From positions 19,284,001 through 19,348,000 of the forward strand of contig NC_058383.1 in assembly GCF_018350175.1 (NCBI RefSeq): a DNA stretch of 64,000 nucleotides. The letters are read 5' to 3'. The number at the start of each line of letters is the position of its first letter. Within the stretch, counting starts at the first letter, position 1. This document shows, piece by piece, positions 62,044 through 64,000 of this stretch. The stretch comes from Felis catus (Eukaryota). Made by a program: the position numbers and the translations under genes. Below the pieces are notes generated by a model. It was not told the origin of the DNA. It saw only the letters and a list, made by a program, of their open reading frames with translations, and ran no database searches.

Positions 62044-63110
62044 CTGAAACACCAGCAAGAGAGGGGAGTCGTTAGCCCATTTTCTGCCTCTCCCCAGTGT
62101 AAACAAGCTGAGGGCAGGAGGCTAGGCCTCCTCTCCGTAATCCGAGGTGGAATCTTAGATCTCAGCCGCCCAGACTGCACTTTGTAGCAGGTACTGACTC
62201 ATCCCTGGCACAGGCTGGCTCGAGGGCCTCTCTGCTCTGCCATTCGGACTGAATTTAAAATGCAGCGGGCTTTATTCTAATTGATCTAATCAGCTCTGGG
62301 GAGATGGCTAGGGATGGGGACTGAGAGGGGAAGGGAGGTTGGGAAAAGAGCCATCACTTGTGCTATTCATTAACCTGGCAAACAGAGCCTTTGGTTTTCT
62401 TTTGTAAAAACCCTGTAGAATTAAAAACATTTAAAAAATAGAAAAGGAAGAAAAGAAACCGGTGCAGGCACTGGGACGGGGCTGTGGCACCGAGCCTCAG
62501 GATTTGCTCTGTTCCCTGGCAGGGTTTCCAGGCCTCAGGACCCCAGAGTGTGGTTTCCGCCCACCGGTGAGGCTGCCAAAGCCGCTCTCAAGGCCAGAGG
62601 AGCAGGGAAGCCCTGCTGCCGTATGCATTTTGCACCAACAAAATTCCATGCCACAGGTGCTTTAGATGCAGGTGGAAAAAGCCAAATCTGGGGACTCTTC
62701 TCAGCCCCAGCTGCCTCCTGTTCTGTCTCTTTGGATACCTCTTCTACGTTCTGTCCCGAGAAAACTCACAGCTGCTCCCAAACAGCCCCCTGCAGGCTCG
62801 GCCTCAGTGCCTTTGCACAGGCTGGGCCTCTGTTTGCAATACTCTTCCAGCCCCTCCCTCCCAGGGAAATTCAGCCCAAATGTGCTGTCACGCCCACAGT
62901 CACCCCTTCCCTGTCACCGTCACTCTCTCCTCCAGGCACCTAGGGTTCCTTGCAGTGCCTAAGGTTAGCATTTTACTCAGTGTCCCACAACCACCTGTTT
63001 TCCAGTCCAGGTCAGCCCTCCACACACTTGACTGTGAGCTCAAGGGAAGCGTCTGTGTAGAGTTTCCACACGGTTCCCTGGCACATGGTAGATGCCACAG
63101 AATCTTTGTC

Positions 63111-63136
63111 GAATGAATGAATGAATGAATGAATGA
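63111..63136. repeat. (GAAT)n tail of an L2-like element
   Basis: Directly visible, following an L2 3'-end-like sequence (cctggcacatggtagatgc). Confidence 0.85.
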
Positions 63137-63430
63137 AATTTACCTCCTAATAGCTGTCTTTTCATTGCAACTAGAGAAGAGGCTATAAACTCATCTGGCC
63201 TGCCTAGCTATTTCGTTTGGCTCATGAAGTATTCAAAAACACTGTTGCCAACATTTAAAGATGGGGAGATTTCGCCTTTCCCTCCAGAGCTAGTGTGTGG
63301 ACAGGCAAGATGCAGGGCAACACAGGGCCCATAACAGCTGCTGGCTGGGGCCTAGGGCACAGCTCCCATGGCCGGGCCGGCTGGGGCTCTCGGGCACCCC
63401 AGTCCCCACAGCTCCCTACAGTTTTAGAGT

Positions 63431-63638
63431 TTTGTTTTGTTTTGTTTTAAATTTTGAGAGAGAGAGGGAAAGAATGTGTGTGAGCTGGGGAGGGGCAGGG
63501 AGAGAGAGAGGTGGGCAGAGGATCTGAGGTGGGCTCTGTGCTGACAGTGGGGAGCCCGAGGCAGGGCTGGAACTCATGAACCGTGAGATCATGACCTGAG
63601 CTGAAGTCAGATGCTTAAGTGACCCACCCAGGCACCCC
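63431..63638 (-). mobile_element. Can-SINE
   Basis: Typical reverse body; TSD-like acagttttag on both sides. Confidence 0.92.
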
Positions 63639-64000
63639 AGCTCACAGTTTTAGTCTCACACCTACTTCTCTTTCCAGATTATGCCCTGTCTGGCCCCTGC
63701 GGGCAACTGAGTCTAGGGTCCCCACCTAGTGGCTGACAGCTGCATTAAGTCCCATCTGCCAACATAACCACCACATCTCTGATACCAGTGAAGTTGTCCC
63801 TTTCACCTAAACGGAGCACCGCCGTGTATTTGAGAAGGTCTCAGCAGACTCCTGTCACCAGGACCAGGCCGGCTACTTGACACAGCCAGGGGAGGAGACT
63901 GGCCGATGCTGGGGTTTTGCTGCCCCCCAGGAGATGCGAGGCCCAGGCTCCAGCTGCGGGGGGAGAACAAAGCTGGCTTGTTCCAGTGACAATGGTGCCT

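Noticed and set aside
12591..63638. SINE heads as tRNA genes; SINE strand bias within KATNIP
   Set aside because: The heads are tRNA-derived SINE parts, not tRNAs. The count of about 14 antisense versus 10 sense is not a convincing bias.

Overview
This is GC-rich mammalian genomic DNA, not a prokaryotic accessory region. The tRNA-derived Can-SINEs are of the feline type and the L1 fragment is carnivore-like, so the source is most likely a cat or other felid. The minus strand carries the 3' two-thirds of KATNIP (KIAA0556, katanin-interacting ciliary protein). I traced 15 coding exons by hand between 62043 and the TGA at 10085-10087. All have GT-AG boundaries and compatible phases (3258 nt, 1085 aa plus stop). 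They are followed by a ~1.55 kb 3' UTR with two AATAAA signals near 8544 and 8576. Exon numbers 14-28 are counted back from the last exon, assuming the 28-exon human model as I recall it. The rest is intronic or intergenic: 26 Can-SINEs, L1/L2/MIR/CR1 fragments, MaLR/LTR16-like LTRs, hAT MITEs and simple repeats. Almost all ORFs in the supplied track are spurious. I found no convincing new biological system. The most notable observations are two back-to-back U12-type (minor spliceosome) introns flanking one 111-nt exon, a U12-like motif embedded in a third donor, a CR1 reverse-transcriptase fossil that is still readable, a 51-bp direct repeat bracketing an exon, and several nested retrotransposon insertions.
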